Positions 53,502-63,573 of a DNA stretch of 64,000 nucleotides are shown here, piece by piece; the first letter of the stretch is position 1; each line of letters opens with the position of its first letter. The stretch comes from a virus, in IMG/VR virus record IMGVR_UViG_3300015607_002427. One strand, 5' to 3'. Made by a program: the position numbers and the translations under genes. Under the pieces are notes generated by a model. That model saw nothing but the letters and a program-made list of their open reading frames with translations, was not told the DNA's origin and did no database searches.

Positions 53502-53980
53502 TTGCTTTGTGCTTTCTCAAACTCCTTTTTCAGCTTTTTGATTTCGTCATCTTGTAAACCAAGAGCTTCACAAATGCTGACAAATTCAGCAGGAGTTAAC
53601 TTTTGCAGGTAGTAATCAATGTTACGCTCGGATTCCTCAAAGTATTCCTTAAGAATAGCCTTGACACCGTCGGCCTTGACACCCTTTTCTTTATTGGAAG
53701 GTCGTTTAACCCACGAATATCGATTTTGATTTCCGCGAGAAGATAGAGCCAGAAGAATGAAAGCAATATCCTCTTTGCCCTTTAGCGTAGTAAAGAGGTG
53801 TGGATTGACGAACTCGTTCAAATAAAGAACTTGTCCATCATTTCCCGAGTTTTGCATCCACATTGAGAAGACAAATGGAGATGCTTGCTTGCGTTCTTCG
53901 GGAGTAAGCTTATCCCAAAAATCAAAGTCTAGAGAATTCAGTTGCCTGAATGCTCCAAACAAGTCTAGCTTTTCAGCCAT
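53498..53980 (-). CDS. putative clamp-loader subunit (gp62-like)
   Basis: Position near gp44-like gene; PF...W, NE..N, Y.W.K pattern. Confidence 0.55.
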   Translation of the reverse strand: MAEKLDLFGAFRQLNSLDFDFWDKLTPEERKQASPFVFSMWMQNSGNDGQVLYLNEFVNPHLFTTLKGKEDIAFILLALSSRGNQNRYSWVKRPSNKEKGVKADGVKAILKEYFEESERNIDYYLQKLTPAEFVSICEALGLQDDEIKKLKKEFEKAQSK

Positions 53981-54270
53981 TATTCTTCATCCAGTGAAAC
54001 AGAAAGTTCTTCAGAAAACTTATGCATTTGTCGTTCTAGAGCGCTGGTTGCCGGCCGCAGCAGCGCTGGAACTTTTGATGAAGTGTCAAGAGACTTCATA
54101 AGAACGATCGATTGGACATACTCATGCTGAAGCTTAGCGACTGCTGCCTCCATGACACAAGCATTTGAGGATCGGCGGGCGTCCAAAACGCTCTTCGTTG
54201 CCGTCATCATGTTCAGCAGTTGAACACGGATTTTTTCAATATCACCATTACTTCCGGTTTTACCCCTCAT
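53980..54270 (-). CDS. hypothetical protein
   Basis: ORF coupled on both sides. Confidence 0.55.
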   Translation of the reverse strand: MRGKTGSNGDIEKIRVQLLNMMTATKSVLDARRSSNACVMEAAVAKLQHEYVQSIVLMKSLDTSSKVPALLRPATSALERQMHKFSEELSVSLDEE

Positions 54271-55199
54271 TACACTCTCCCAAGGCTGATTAGCAAAGCT
54301 TCCATATTCAATTCAGGCAAAGCCACAATCGAATGTTTGTAAACGAAATCATTGAGCGTGATGATTGATTCTTCAAGCTTTGAAGGATTTGCCTTGTAAG
54401 CGAGTTTCAAACCATCATAAATCAGACGGAATAGCTCTTCGTAATCTTCCTTTGCGACAGAAGTGCGAACGAGCTTACGGAGTTCTTGGAAGTTTGCAGC
54501 CTTGATCAGGTCTAAGACCGCAAATTTATAGTCAGCATTTTCACCAGAATTTGAGGTAGAGATCACCAATTTACCAGTGGAGCTGAAATCTTCGAGATAC
54601 TTGATGATGCTTCGAATATCTGGATAGTTGGCATTGACAACCTTTTCCAGATCATCCGGATCAAAGTCGATATTTTCAGTGAAGAGAATTTCACCCATTC
54701 GAAGGATGACTTCGTCGATCGCTGGGGTAGTAAAACGGAAGGACACTGCACGAGACTTGATCGCAGGCATGATCTTATTGTCATAGTTGCAAGTCAAGAT
54801 AAAGCGGGCAGTATCAGAGAAGTTCTCCATGAGGACACGAAGAGCCGCTTGGGCGTTCAAGGATAGGTAATCGGCCTCTTCCAATCGAACGACTTTGAAG
54901 TCGCCAACGGGCATAGTGGAAATGAAGTTCTTGATTTTGTCGCGCATAGCGTCAACACCAGTTTCTTCAGAGGCATTGATCGTCATTACGTCAATTCGAT
55001 CGATGCCTAGATCCTTAATCAAGGCTCGAGAAATAGTAGTCTTCCCGCTTCCTTGAACACCAGATAGCAAAAGGTTTGGAATTTCTTTGCTCTTACGATA
55101 ACCCAAAAACTTCTGCTTTTGAGCATCATTTTGAAAAATTACTTCATCAAGATTGTGTGGGCGATATTTTTCAACCCACAGACGATTAATGGATGCCAT
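54270..55199 (-). CDS. sliding-clamp loader ATPase (gp44/RFC-like)
   Basis: WVEKYRP, GSGKTT, NASEETG, EEADYL, RFILTCN, SR. Confidence 0.93.
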   Translation of the reverse strand: MASINRLWVEKYRPHNLDEVIFQNDAQKQKFLGYRKSKEIPNLLLSGVQGSGKTTISRALIKDLGIDRIDVMTINASEETGVDAMRDKIKNFISTMPVGDFKVVRLEEADYLSLNAQAALRVLMENFSDTARFILTCNYDNKIMPAIKSRAVSFRFTTPAIDEVILRMGEILFTENIDFDPDDLEKVVNANYPDIRSIIKYLEDFSSTGKLVISTSNSGENADYKFAVLDLIKAANFQELRKLVRTSVAKEDYEELFRLIYDGLKLAYKANPSKLEESIITLNDFVYKHSIVALPELNMEALLISLGRV

Positions 55200-55262
55200 A
55201 CCTTTTGCCTCTACTGGTAAAAAGAAATTATAAACTAAATTGTGAAGATTGTAAACGGAAAA

Positions 55263-56597
55263 TTAGTCAATCTTGTTGTAGATGTTCATCACTTTTTTTG
55301 AAGGTTTCCAAGAACCATCATCATTTCCAGCGTCAAACGAAACATCTGCCGCATGATGGCTGACCTTGTTTAGGTCAGAGAGATGGATTGGATTTACTTC
55401 TTCAATTTCAGAGATTTGTTCAGCGTCTACAGCTTCTACTGCGTCAATTACTGGATCTAAAGATTCTACTTGGACTACTTCCGAAAGTTGTTCATCAGTT
55501 GTAATAGATGGTTTTGGTTCAGATTCATCCTTTGGTTTTCTACCACGTTTCTTCTTAGTGCTAGATTCAGTTTGGACAGGAACTTCACTTTCAACTACCA
55601 ATTCAACTAGACCACCTTGATCTTTTGCTGCTTCTTCGATTGCTTGGTCGCATTCTTCGAACGCAGTTGCTTCAAACTCTGGAGCTTGTTCAACTACGGA
55701 TTCAGCTGGCTCAGGTCTCAAAAAGACTTCTTCATCAACAACAAGTTCTGGGAGTTTTTCAATTTGCGTTCCCTTTTGTTCTTCTTCAGGGACAGGAAGA
55801 ACGCATTCAAAAACTTCCTTCGGTTGTTCTTGCACAACCATTTCTTCAATTTCTTTTTCGATATGCTGAACTTCATGCTTGATTTCGTCAAGCTTAGCAT
55901 TGATAGAATCCTTTTCTTCTTTTCTCTTTTGGTCGAGTAGGAAGTTACCAGCGATGATCAGTGCCACAGCTAGAGGATCAAATACGAAGATAATCAACAA
56001 AATGACGTACTTCACAGCGGATTCAACGGTGGTGTCAAAGGCCTGAGCGATGTACAATATTGGACCAGCGTGGGCATTAACGTCCACTTGCTCCATTTGT
56101 AGCTTTGGCAGCTCTTGATCAATCTCAATGATACGAGTGTTGATATGATCTAGTTCACCAGCAAATTGTTTTTGGAGCTTTTGTCTACCACGGACATTTT
56201 CAGGTGGTAGTTGAGAAATCTGCTTATCGATTTCGACTTTACGAGATTCTAGTCGAGTCTTTTCTTCGGTCATTGCTTTGACCTGAATTTCAGAACCCTT
56301 TGTTGGAATGATCGCCTTTTGGAACTCAGCAGACAAATAACCAGCGGCTCCTGACGAAGTAATGATCATGAGAATGGCGGCAGCCGCTGTCATGTAGTAC
56401 TTCATTGTCTTTGGGATATTCTTCCACTGTTTGTACAGGAATGAAACAGTGATCACCTTTGCAATATCCAAAGATAAGGCAAGAGTGATAATGACAGGGT
56501 TCGTAGAGAAAAGAGCTGAAAGGCCCACAATTGAAATGTATGAGCCAATCGATTCAATCAAAAAAGCAGATATAAAAACTAAAGTTGCAAATAGCAT
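55263..56597 (-). CDS. membrane protein with coiled coil and acidic tail
   Basis: Multiple TM segments, IFVFDPLAV motif. Confidence 0.8.
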   Translation of the reverse strand: MLFATLVFISAFLIESIGSYISIVGLSALFSTNPVIITLALSLDIAKVITVSFLYKQWKNIPKTMKYYMTAAAAILMIITSSGAAGYLSAEFQKAIIPTKGSEIQVKAMTEEKTRLESRKVEIDKQISQLPPENVRGRQKLQKQFAGELDHINTRIIEIDQELPKLQMEQVDVNAHAGPILYIAQAFDTTVESAVKYVILLIIFVFDPLAVALIIAGNFLLDQKRKEEKDSINAKLDEIKHEVQHIEKEIEEMVVQEQPKEVFECVLPVPEEEQKGTQIEKLPELVVDEEVFLRPEPAESVVEQAPEFEATAFEECDQAIEEAAKDQGGLVELVVESEVPVQTESSTKKKRGRKPKDESEPKPSITTDEQLSEVVQVESLDPVIDAVEAVDAEQISEIEEVNPIHLSDLNKVSHHAADVSFDAGNDDGSWKPSKKVMNIYNKID

Positions 56598-56653
56598 GTT
56601 GAAACCTAAGGTTTACGATAATTAGTTATTTATATCCATTAACACGCGCGGTG

Positions 56654-56968
56654 TTAATATGTTTTGACTTGAGTGTCAGAAATAGCGCTAATATGAGGAT
56701 ATGTGGTCTTCCACACCTTGCGTCCATCACCAACATTAACCCCAGTGGTCCACTTCAGAGAGTCAATAAGAACGAACTTTCCTACCTCAATCTCTTCTCC
56801 AACCTCAGGTCCGACAGCGACAACTATCCCCCAACGAGGATCATCCTGCTTATCGATTGTTGGTGTAGTGATTAGAATCGTGTCACTTAGCTTAGGAGCA
56901 AACATTCCACCTTTAGATTCGTCAACAAATTCAAAAAGAACAGAATCACCTAGTGCTCTAATTTTCAT
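56654..56968 (-). CDS. groES: co-chaperonin GroES-like
   Basis: ALGD.V...GG...G.VVAVGP...VG..V. Confidence 0.8.
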   Translation of the reverse strand: MKIRALGDSVLFEFVDESKGGMFAPKLSDTILITTPTIDKQDDPRWGIVVAVGPEVGEEIEVGKFVLIDSLKWTTGVNVGDGRKVWKTTYPHISAISDTQVKTY

Positions 56969-57139
56969 GATATTCCTTATAATTATTAGTATGAAAACGT
57001 GAAAGAACGCGAGGTTCGGTTACTTGCCAACCAAACCCAAATATTGCTAAAAAGAAAATTAGACATAAAAAGAATGGGAACCCTATCATGCCTAATGGAA
57101 ATGTCAGACAGAATGCCGGACATGCACAGAAGAATGTTC

Positions 57140-57385
57140 TCATTCTTCTTCAGTTGTGTCTTCTTCCTCGACCACTACAGCCTGGAGAGCTAAGGACATA
57201 GCGGCATTTGCAGTTTCTCCAGTAATTTGTGCGGCTTTTTTCGCAGAAATTCCGTCTTTATCATTGATGAATTGACGACGTTGGTCTACTGAAACAGGAG
57301 GTGGTACACTCTTCAATGCTTGTTTAATTTCGATCTCGTCAAAGTTAACGACTGCACCACGGGCGCTGCGAGCGAATTTTCCCAT
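57140..57385 (-). CDS. hypothetical protein
   Basis: AAGGA RBS, TATAAATA upstream. Confidence 0.7.
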   Translation of the reverse strand: MGKFARSARGAVVNFDEIEIKQALKSVPPPVSVDQRRQFINDKDGISAKKAAQITGETANAAMSLALQAVVVEEEDTTEEE

Positions 57386-57435
57386 ATTTGTTATCCTTAT
57401 TGATTTGTTGAAAGCTTAGCTATTTATATCTCGTT

Positions 57436-57993
57436 TTAGTGGAAAAACTCTTCAACTGGGATGTTGTATTTTAAAGGGTTTACTAAGTTTAAGCCTAATA
57501 GGTAAAGAATATAGCAGGCGCATGATGATCCACGACCGACACCAAACACTACCTGCCTCTCTTCAAAAACATCAACAATGTAAATGATTGTCTTGAAAAG
57601 TAATTCAATTTTTCGTTTTTCGATTTCTTCGAGTTCCCTATCTACTCGATTTTGCGCAACAAGTAATTCAGTTGCTGATAGTGGTAAAGCCTTGAGTTTT
57701 TTAAGGACATATTCCCTAAGATCTATAAGAAGATACTTTTCAGGAATTTGGTAATCAAACGGAGTAAACGAAGATTCAACTTCTTCGTTATCCTTTGAAA
57801 TATGAATCTTTTCGTCTTCTTCGTCGACGAGCTGATTATGCTGCTTTATGTCGTCAGTAACCAGCTTTGTTGAAATCTGGTTTGGTTTTAACCCAAGAAG
57901 TAGAAGCTCATGTGTCTTTTCTGGATCATGAGCTTCTACCGTGCCATCGAAGTACAATCGATACTTCTGCAGTTCGATGAAAAGTTCTTGCAT
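57436..57993 (-). CDS. DNA polymerase III alpha-like fragment (GRGS-containing part)
   Basis: R...EL..I...GVGRGSSCAC.ILYLLG...VNPLKYNI..EEF. Confidence 0.85.
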   Translation of the reverse strand: MQELFIELQKYRLYFDGTVEAHDPEKTHELLLLGLKPNQISTKLVTDDIKQHNQLVDEEDEKIHISKDNEEVESSFTPFDYQIPEKYLLIDLREYVLKKLKALPLSATELLVAQNRVDRELEEIEKRKIELLFKTIIYIVDVFEERQVVFGVGRGSSCACYILYLLGLNLVNPLKYNIPVEEFFH

Positions 57994-58358
57994 TATCCTA
58001 CTTGTGCTACCTTCGGTACGAGCTTGTTGAGAATTTCAATTGCTGGGCTCGTCTTGACAGGTTTTTCGTGCGGGCGATGGGTGTGCATATTAAAGGTGTC
58101 GAAGGCGGTGTAATGGATTCCTTCGTCCTTATGGATTTCACGCATTTCCTTTTGACATGCGTACTCGGCAAGCTTCAAAAGAATAGTCTGGGGGACGGTG
58201 GTACACGGCCATTCGGGATTGAATTTCAAATCCCAAGTTCCTTCGCGGAAAAACTTCAAAGCTGCCTTGCGGTGCTCTGCGTTCTTTGGGTCAAAATCAA
58301 TGCGATCTTTCATGAAATCAACACGACTCGGGTAACGCTCAACAAAAGTTTCAACCAT
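57993..58358 (-). CDS. hypothetical protein
   Basis: ORF coupled on both sides. Confidence 0.7.
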   Translation of the reverse strand: MVETFVERYPSRVDFMKDRIDFDPKNAEHRKAALKFFREGTWDLKFNPEWPCTTVPQTILLKLAEYACQKEMREIHKDEGIHYTAFDTFNMHTHRPHEKPVKTSPAIEILNKLVPKVAQVG

Positions 58359-58984
58359 CAGATATTCTCCAAAAGATAACTAAAACGACCAAGATAAGCT
58401 TGAAGTTCTTGCTCATCCATCAATTTTTCAATTATAACACCTTTCTTAAAAAGATGTAACCGTTGCTCTTCAAAATTGTTTACGCGATCGTAAAAATCCT
58501 TGAAGACAATTCGTTTGATTCCGACAGCTGGAAGATTTTTTGAACATTGTAAACACGGCTGAAGTGTACAATAAAGCGTGGAGCCATCAAGAGAGATTCC
58601 GTGTTTTGCTGCCCAATTGATTGCATTCAGTTCAGCATGGATTTCATTAACATCAGACCATTCTCGGTGGGCCTTTGCGTCAAATCCTTCGTGCGGGAAA
58701 AGCTCATCGCAATTCTCATCACCAAAGGAAGTGCCATTAATTCCGGTTGAGAGGGTTCGGCCATCTTTCTCAATGACACAGCCTACCTGCCGTGACACAC
58801 AATGCGAAAGATATGAAAGGTTAATTGCGTTACCAATGAAGACTCGATCCAGAAGATGTTGCTTCAGAAAAGCTTCTGCGTCGGAAAACAATCTAGCTTG
58901 ACCAGCGAATCGAGGAGCCTTCTTGATACGGCTCCTCATTTGCTTCATTTGTTGGGTTTGTTCTTTGAGACAGTGTTCACACAT
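58358..58984 (-). CDS. dCMP deaminase
   Basis: HAELNAI, PCLQC, RQVGCVI. Confidence 0.92.
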   Translation of the reverse strand: MCEHCLKEQTQQMKQMRSRIKKAPRFAGQARLFSDAEAFLKQHLLDRVFIGNAINLSYLSHCVSRQVGCVIEKDGRTLSTGINGTSFGDENCDELFPHEGFDAKAHREWSDVNEIHAELNAINWAAKHGISLDGSTLYCTLQPCLQCSKNLPAVGIKRIVFKDFYDRVNNFEEQRLHLFKKGVIIEKLMDEQELQAYLGRFSYLLENI

Positions 58985-59618
58985 TGTTGATTTCTACTTT
59001 CATACCACGAGAAGTGAGGATAACGGTGTCGCTATCTTCAAAGTGCCACTTTACCTTAGCATTCAAATTGACGGTCAAACTCTTTTCGAGAGCTTCAGTG
59101 AAGATTGCGATCAGCTTGTCGGCGTTAGTCTTAACCGTGAAGAAGATGCCAGCCTTGTTCTTCATCGAAATCTTGGTCGTAACACCAGCAAAGTAGCCTT
59201 CACCAACCGTAACCTCTTCAATCTTGCGGATTTCCAGCTTACGGATTTCAGACTTTTCGCCAACGACATACCATTCATCGATGACTTCGGATACGGCGGC
59301 CTTACGAATATCACGTTCAGTTCCGTTAACGAGAACTTGCATTTGCTTCAACGACAGATTACCAAAGCGTTGCCACTTATTAGCGATGTCCTTGAAGAAG
59401 TCATTGTTAGACTTTTCAGCGTAAGCAACAGCCTTTTCAAACTTTGACTTGAATTCAGGGTCCAGGGTTGCGATGACCTTTTCGCGAGATTCAGCGGCTT
59501 GTTGAGCCCAAACTGCTTGACGAGCCTTCCATTCAGCTTCACGTTGTGCTTGCTTTTCGGCCTTCTTAGCCAGCTTACGTTCCATCTTTTGTTCTTCGGT
59601 CATCTTCGGACGGGCCAT
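58977..59618 (-). CDS. hypothetical protein
   Basis: GGAG RBS after early promoter. Confidence 0.75.
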   Translation of the reverse strand: MARPKMTEEQKMERKLAKKAEKQAQREAEWKARQAVWAQQAAESREKVIATLDPEFKSKFEKAVAYAEKSNNDFFKDIANKWQRFGNLSLKQMQVLVNGTERDIRKAAVSEVIDEWYVVGEKSEIRKLEIRKIEEVTVGEGYFAGVTTKISMKNKAGIFFTVKTNADKLIAIFTEALEKSLTVNLNAKVKWHFEDSDTVILTSRGMKVEINNV

Positions 59619-59686
59619 GATAATCTCCAAGTTTGCTGATGTTAGATGAATTATATCAAACAAACTTGGAGATGTAAACCAAAATT

Positions 59687-59947
59687 TTATGGAAGTTGAG
59701 TTGCTATGATACGATTTTCTCGGGCGTCTCGAATATTATCTGCCTTGTATCGATCAAGATACCATTCGAGTCCTTTAGGAGTCGCTGCGTAAAACCAGTA
59801 GTCTTTGACAATAACTACTTGAGCGATAAATCCAAGGGCTAGCAGTCCATTTCTACCAACCTTTGAAGGAAGTCCTCCATCACGTAAAGGACCTCTCTCA
59901 ACTAGCGCCACTAGCGTATCAATTTCTGCACCAGTTAGCGCTTCCAT
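59687..59947 (-). CDS. hypothetical protein
   Basis: ORF adjacent to dUTPase. Confidence 0.65.
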   Translation of the reverse strand: MEALTGAEIDTLVALVERGPLRDGGLPSKVGRNGLLALGFIAQVVIVKDYWFYAATPKGLEWYLDRYKADNIRDARENRIIATQLP

Positions 59948-60403
59948 TTACTTAGTACCAGTTGAACCAAAACCGCCGGCCCCACGAGCACCAGCAACGT
60001 GAATGTCTCGGTATAGCTCATCTTCTGGAACAGTGATCGTTTCGAAGGTGATAACAGGAATTAGAATCGCTTGAACGATCTTTTCACCTGGAGTAATGGT
60101 TTGGTCGGTATCACCAACGTTGATCATGTTAATGTGGACTTCACCAGAATAACCGTGATCGATAACGCAGGCGCCAACAATTAGCGAACGCTTAGCAGCA
60201 ACACCAGACTTGTTGAAGAAAATTAGAGCGTAACCTGCTGGCACTTCACACTTGATACCTGCAGGAATCTTAACGCTTTGACCTGGTTTTAGGATGGTTT
60301 CGGGAAAATCATTTGGGACAAAGAAATCGATACCCGCATCGGCGCCAGAGTTAGCACGTTGAGGAATTTTGACGTCGCGGGTTTGTGCCATTTTAAGGTA
60401 CAT
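59948..60403 (-). CDS. dut: dUTPase
   Basis: AGIDF, KSG, VIDHGYSGE, RGAGGFGSTG. Confidence 0.95.
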   Translation of the reverse strand: MYLKMAQTRDVKIPQRANSGADAGIDFFVPNDFPETILKPGQSVKIPAGIKCEVPAGYALIFFNKSGVAAKRSLIVGACVIDHGYSGEVHINMINVGDTDQTITPGEKIVQAILIPVITFETITVPEDELYRDIHVAGARGAGGFGSTGTK

Positions 60404-60507
60404 GTTATTGTTCTCCGTTTTTATTATGATTATGAGAGGTAGTTGGCATTGCACCAACTACCAAGTTGAAAATTATAAACTAACTTGTTGATTTTGTAAA
60501 CGTTTGC

Positions 60508-60876
60508 TTAAGCAGCAGGGTCGTCTTTTCTTTTACCGCCTGGTATTCCATACTTAGCGGAAACGAACTTGCTGTAGCCTTCAACAGAACCAACATAAGC
60601 AAGATAAATTGCTAGAAGATCCCAAGTCATTTTATCGTTCATAGCCAATTTGACCATGATCCAAGTCGCAATCATTGCGCCAACCAACTGGATTAGTTTG
60701 GTTAGAGAAATTTCATGAGCGCCTGGTTTTCTAATAAGGTCAATCCAATTCAACTTGCTCTGAGCCTGAGCGGTCCAGAACATGATGACAAATGAACCAA
60801 ACATTAGAATGATAACGAAAGACATTAGATCCATTCCGTTGAAGAATGCTTCTTGAAGACTGTGTAAAAATTCCAT
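60508..60876 (-). CDS. membrane protein (possible holin)
   Basis: Three TM segments, late promoter CATAAATA, near endolysin. Confidence 0.55.
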   Translation of the reverse strand: MEFLHSLQEAFFNGMDLMSFVIILMFGSFVIMFWTAQAQSKLNWIDLIRKPGAHEISLTKLIQLVGAMIATWIMVKLAMNDKMTWDLLAIYLAYVGSVEGYSKFVSAKYGIPGGKRKDDPAA

Positions 60877-60937
60877 TTTAGGTTATCTTTCATAAACCGG
60901 TAAAGTATTTATGAAGGTAACCTAATTTTAGTTCATT

Positions 60938-63535
60938 TTAGCTGCACTTGCTGGAACCGCAGTTGACACACTTCTTACAACCTTCTTCGTAAATCACGTT
61001 GGAAGAACCACAGTCTTGACAGGTTTCGCCTGCGACCTTCTCACCGTCCTTGATAAAGGAAGATAGGTACTTCTTGATTTGGAAGAGGAAGGAACCTGCG
61101 TAAACGTCTTCCATTGAATCGATGACGTTTACGATGTTCTTAATGAGAACGCCATGACGTAGGTTCAAGGAGATAACGCGAGCAATCTTGGAAGCGTTGT
61201 CGTTAGAACTGATCTTAGACATTACTTCGTCAATATGATCGGCAGGAATACCCTTGCGTTTTGCTAGGTCGACTAGCTTTTCTACCGCATCAGAAGTTGT
61301 GACATTCTTTTCGTGATGGTTAGTATGAACAAACAACGCGAATGGACGGGTTTGGGTTTCATTCCAAATAACGGAGAGATACCACTTGCGACCTTCTGCC
61401 TTTAGGGTCTTCATAGAAGCTGGAGCAGAATCAGGTAGCTTGACGTTTTCAAGGATGATTTCTTCGTCTTCTGGCTCAGCAGTCTTTTCATCCTTTGCGG
61501 ATAGAACTGCGGTCATGGTACCAGAACGGTAAGTAGTAAAGCCCTTGATGAAACCAGTGTTGTAGACCTTGAGGTAGAGGTCCTTGAAGTTTTCGTATGG
61601 GTAGTCGAATGGAATATTGCAGGTCTTTGAACATGCAGAGTCAGTCCAACGAGCGAAACCTTCTAGGTCAGAAACGTGATCATCAACTGTTAGGTTGGTG
61701 GTAGTCACTGCCCAATCAGCAGATGGATCCCATTCACCGATAGACTTGAGGAAGCGGACGCCGTAGTCTTCGCACAGAACTTCTTTGGTGAGGCCGCGAT
61801 TCTTGTCGATCTTGTAGGTAGTACCGTTGAATACGCCCTTAAGGATTTCTTCGTCACCTTCCTTAGCAAACTTGAAGAGGCTGGTTTCAAACCATTCGCC
61901 TTCATACCATTTTGGAGTTACTGCGGCGATTTCGTCTGGGGCACGAGACTGGATAACAGTGCGAACATACTCAGGCATGAAGATTGGTTCAATACCACCA
62001 GAAACCACGTTTGCAACGATTGAAGTGTTGCCGTTTGGTTGTTGGCTGAGTAGGGAAGCATTACGGATACCAGTGGTACGTAGCTTGGTCATGTATTCGT
62101 TAGACAGCTTTAGCTGTTGGACGAATGGGGTTTCAGCATGCTTGATTGGGTCACAGAATTCAAACTTACCCTTTTCGACGGCTAGATCGATAGAGGTTTC
62201 GTAAGCAGTGCGAGCGATAACTTGCATTAGCTCTTCACGGATGGACGAAGCCTTTTCAGAAGCAAAGCGAGTCTTCATCATGAATAGGGCAGAACCCCAA
62301 CCCATGACACCAAGACCGATACGACGCTTCTTCTCCATGGACTCACGATACTCAGGTAGCGGAGCAGAAGAGTAGGAGTTGACGTTGTCTAGGAAGCGAA
62401 CCAAGTAGCCAACGAAACGCTTGACTTCAGCTAGGTTAAACCCAGTGCGGTCAGAATTTACGAATTGAGTTAGGTTGATGGTACCCAAACAGCAAATGTT
62501 ACCAGGAGAAAGAGTCTGTTCACCGCAAGGATTGGTTGCGAAGATGGTTTCGCCGTAGCCTAGTGGGTTGAAGTAGTTGGCGCGATCAAGGAAGAGAACG
62601 CCTGGTTCAGCGCGGTTGTAAGTGGACTCCATGATGAGGTTCCACAAGTACTTAACCGACACAGTGTTGTGAACCTTGAGTGGCAGACCCTTAGATTTCC
62701 ATAGCTTGATGTCGCCATTCCAAACTGCTTTGTAGTCGGCAGAAGTAGTGTCTGGGAAAATTAGATCCCACTTGTCTGCATCTTCTAGCTCTTTTTCGAG
62801 TACTGCTAGCTTTTCACCAGAGACTCCGTGATTCTTTAGTTCAGCGATGCTCTTTTCAAGTAGAGCTACGTCGTTGACGCGCTGCATGAAATCGTCGGTA
62901 CAGTTCACAGAAATGTTGAACTTAGATAGACGACCAGCTTGTTGTTTTGCAGTGATGAACTCGACAACGTCTGGATGCCAAACGTCGAGAACGCCCATCA
63001 TTGCGCCCTTACGAATCTTGCCCTTAGCTTTCTTATTGGAAGACTTCTTACCAGAACCAGAGGTGATGATTTCAGATGCCTTGTCGAATAGCTCCATGTA
63101 CTTAACAGCACCAGGAGTTTCAACACCGATACCGTGGATGAAAGATCCACGTGGACGAATATAGGAGAAGTTTTCACCCCAACCACCTTCAGACTTTAGG
63201 GTCTGGGATTGGCTGAGTAGGTGGTTGTAGATACCTTCGAGAGAGTCGATATCGAACTTACCGCGAGGACCAACGAAGCAGTTCATCAGAGTGGTACCAG
63301 ACCATTCAGTGCCTGCATTAGATAGGGTACGGCCACCAGGCACGCCCTTGAAATTGGTTAGCAGATCGTAAAAGCGCTCTTCCCAAAGAGTACGTAGTTC
63401 TTCAGTCGCTTCCACTGAAGCAATCGCCTTAGCAACTCTTCGCAAATTTGAGTTGATGTCTACGTCCTGATGGTCCTTGTACGTAGTTTCCCAAATTTCT
63501 TGTGAAAACGAATCTTGGAAGACGGTTCCTGTCAT
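60938..63535 (-). CDS. nrdJ: adenosylcobalamin-dependent (class II) ribonucleotide reductase
   Basis: PGGR..SNAG, NCF, TNPCGE, RRIGLGVMG, P.G..S, GIEP, C-terminal Zn ribbon. Confidence 0.9.
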   Translation of the reverse strand: MTGTVFQDSFSQEIWETTYKDHQDVDINSNLRRVAKAIASVEATEELRTLWEERFYDLLTNFKGVPGGRTLSNAGTEWSGTTLMNCFVGPRGKFDIDSLEGIYNHLLSQSQTLKSEGGWGENFSYIRPRGSFIHGIGVETPGAVKYMELFDKASEIITSGSGKKSSNKKAKGKIRKGAMMGVLDVWHPDVVEFITAKQQAGRLSKFNISVNCTDDFMQRVNDVALLEKSIAELKNHGVSGEKLAVLEKELEDADKWDLIFPDTTSADYKAVWNGDIKLWKSKGLPLKVHNTVSVKYLWNLIMESTYNRAEPGVLFLDRANYFNPLGYGETIFATNPCGEQTLSPGNICCLGTINLTQFVNSDRTGFNLAEVKRFVGYLVRFLDNVNSYSSAPLPEYRESMEKKRRIGLGVMGWGSALFMMKTRFASEKASSIREELMQVIARTAYETSIDLAVEKGKFEFCDPIKHAETPFVQQLKLSNEYMTKLRTTGIRNASLLSQQPNGNTSIVANVVSGGIEPIFMPEYVRTVIQSRAPDEIAAVTPKWYEGEWFETSLFKFAKEGDEEILKGVFNGTTYKIDKNRGLTKEVLCEDYGVRFLKSIGEWDPSADWAVTTTNLTVDDHVSDLEGFARWTDSACSKTCNIPFDYPYENFKDLYLKVYNTGFIKGFTTYRSGTMTAVLSAKDEKTAEPEDEEIILENVKLPDSAPASMKTLKAEGRKWYLSVIWNETQTRPFALFVHTNHHEKNVTTSDAVEKLVDLAKRKGIPADHIDEVMSKISSNDNASKIARVISLNLRHGVLIKNIVNVIDSMEDVYAGSFLFQIKKYLSSFIKDGEKVAGETCQDCGSSNVIYEEGCKKCVNCGSSKCS

Positions 63536-63573
63536 ATTTTAACCTCTATTTTTGTTTTGTTAGAATTAGAATT

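Noticed and set aside
60938..63535. Intein or intron in nrdJ
   Set aside because: The ORF is continuous, TNPCGE is intact, and no intein terminal or LAGLIDADG motifs were seen.
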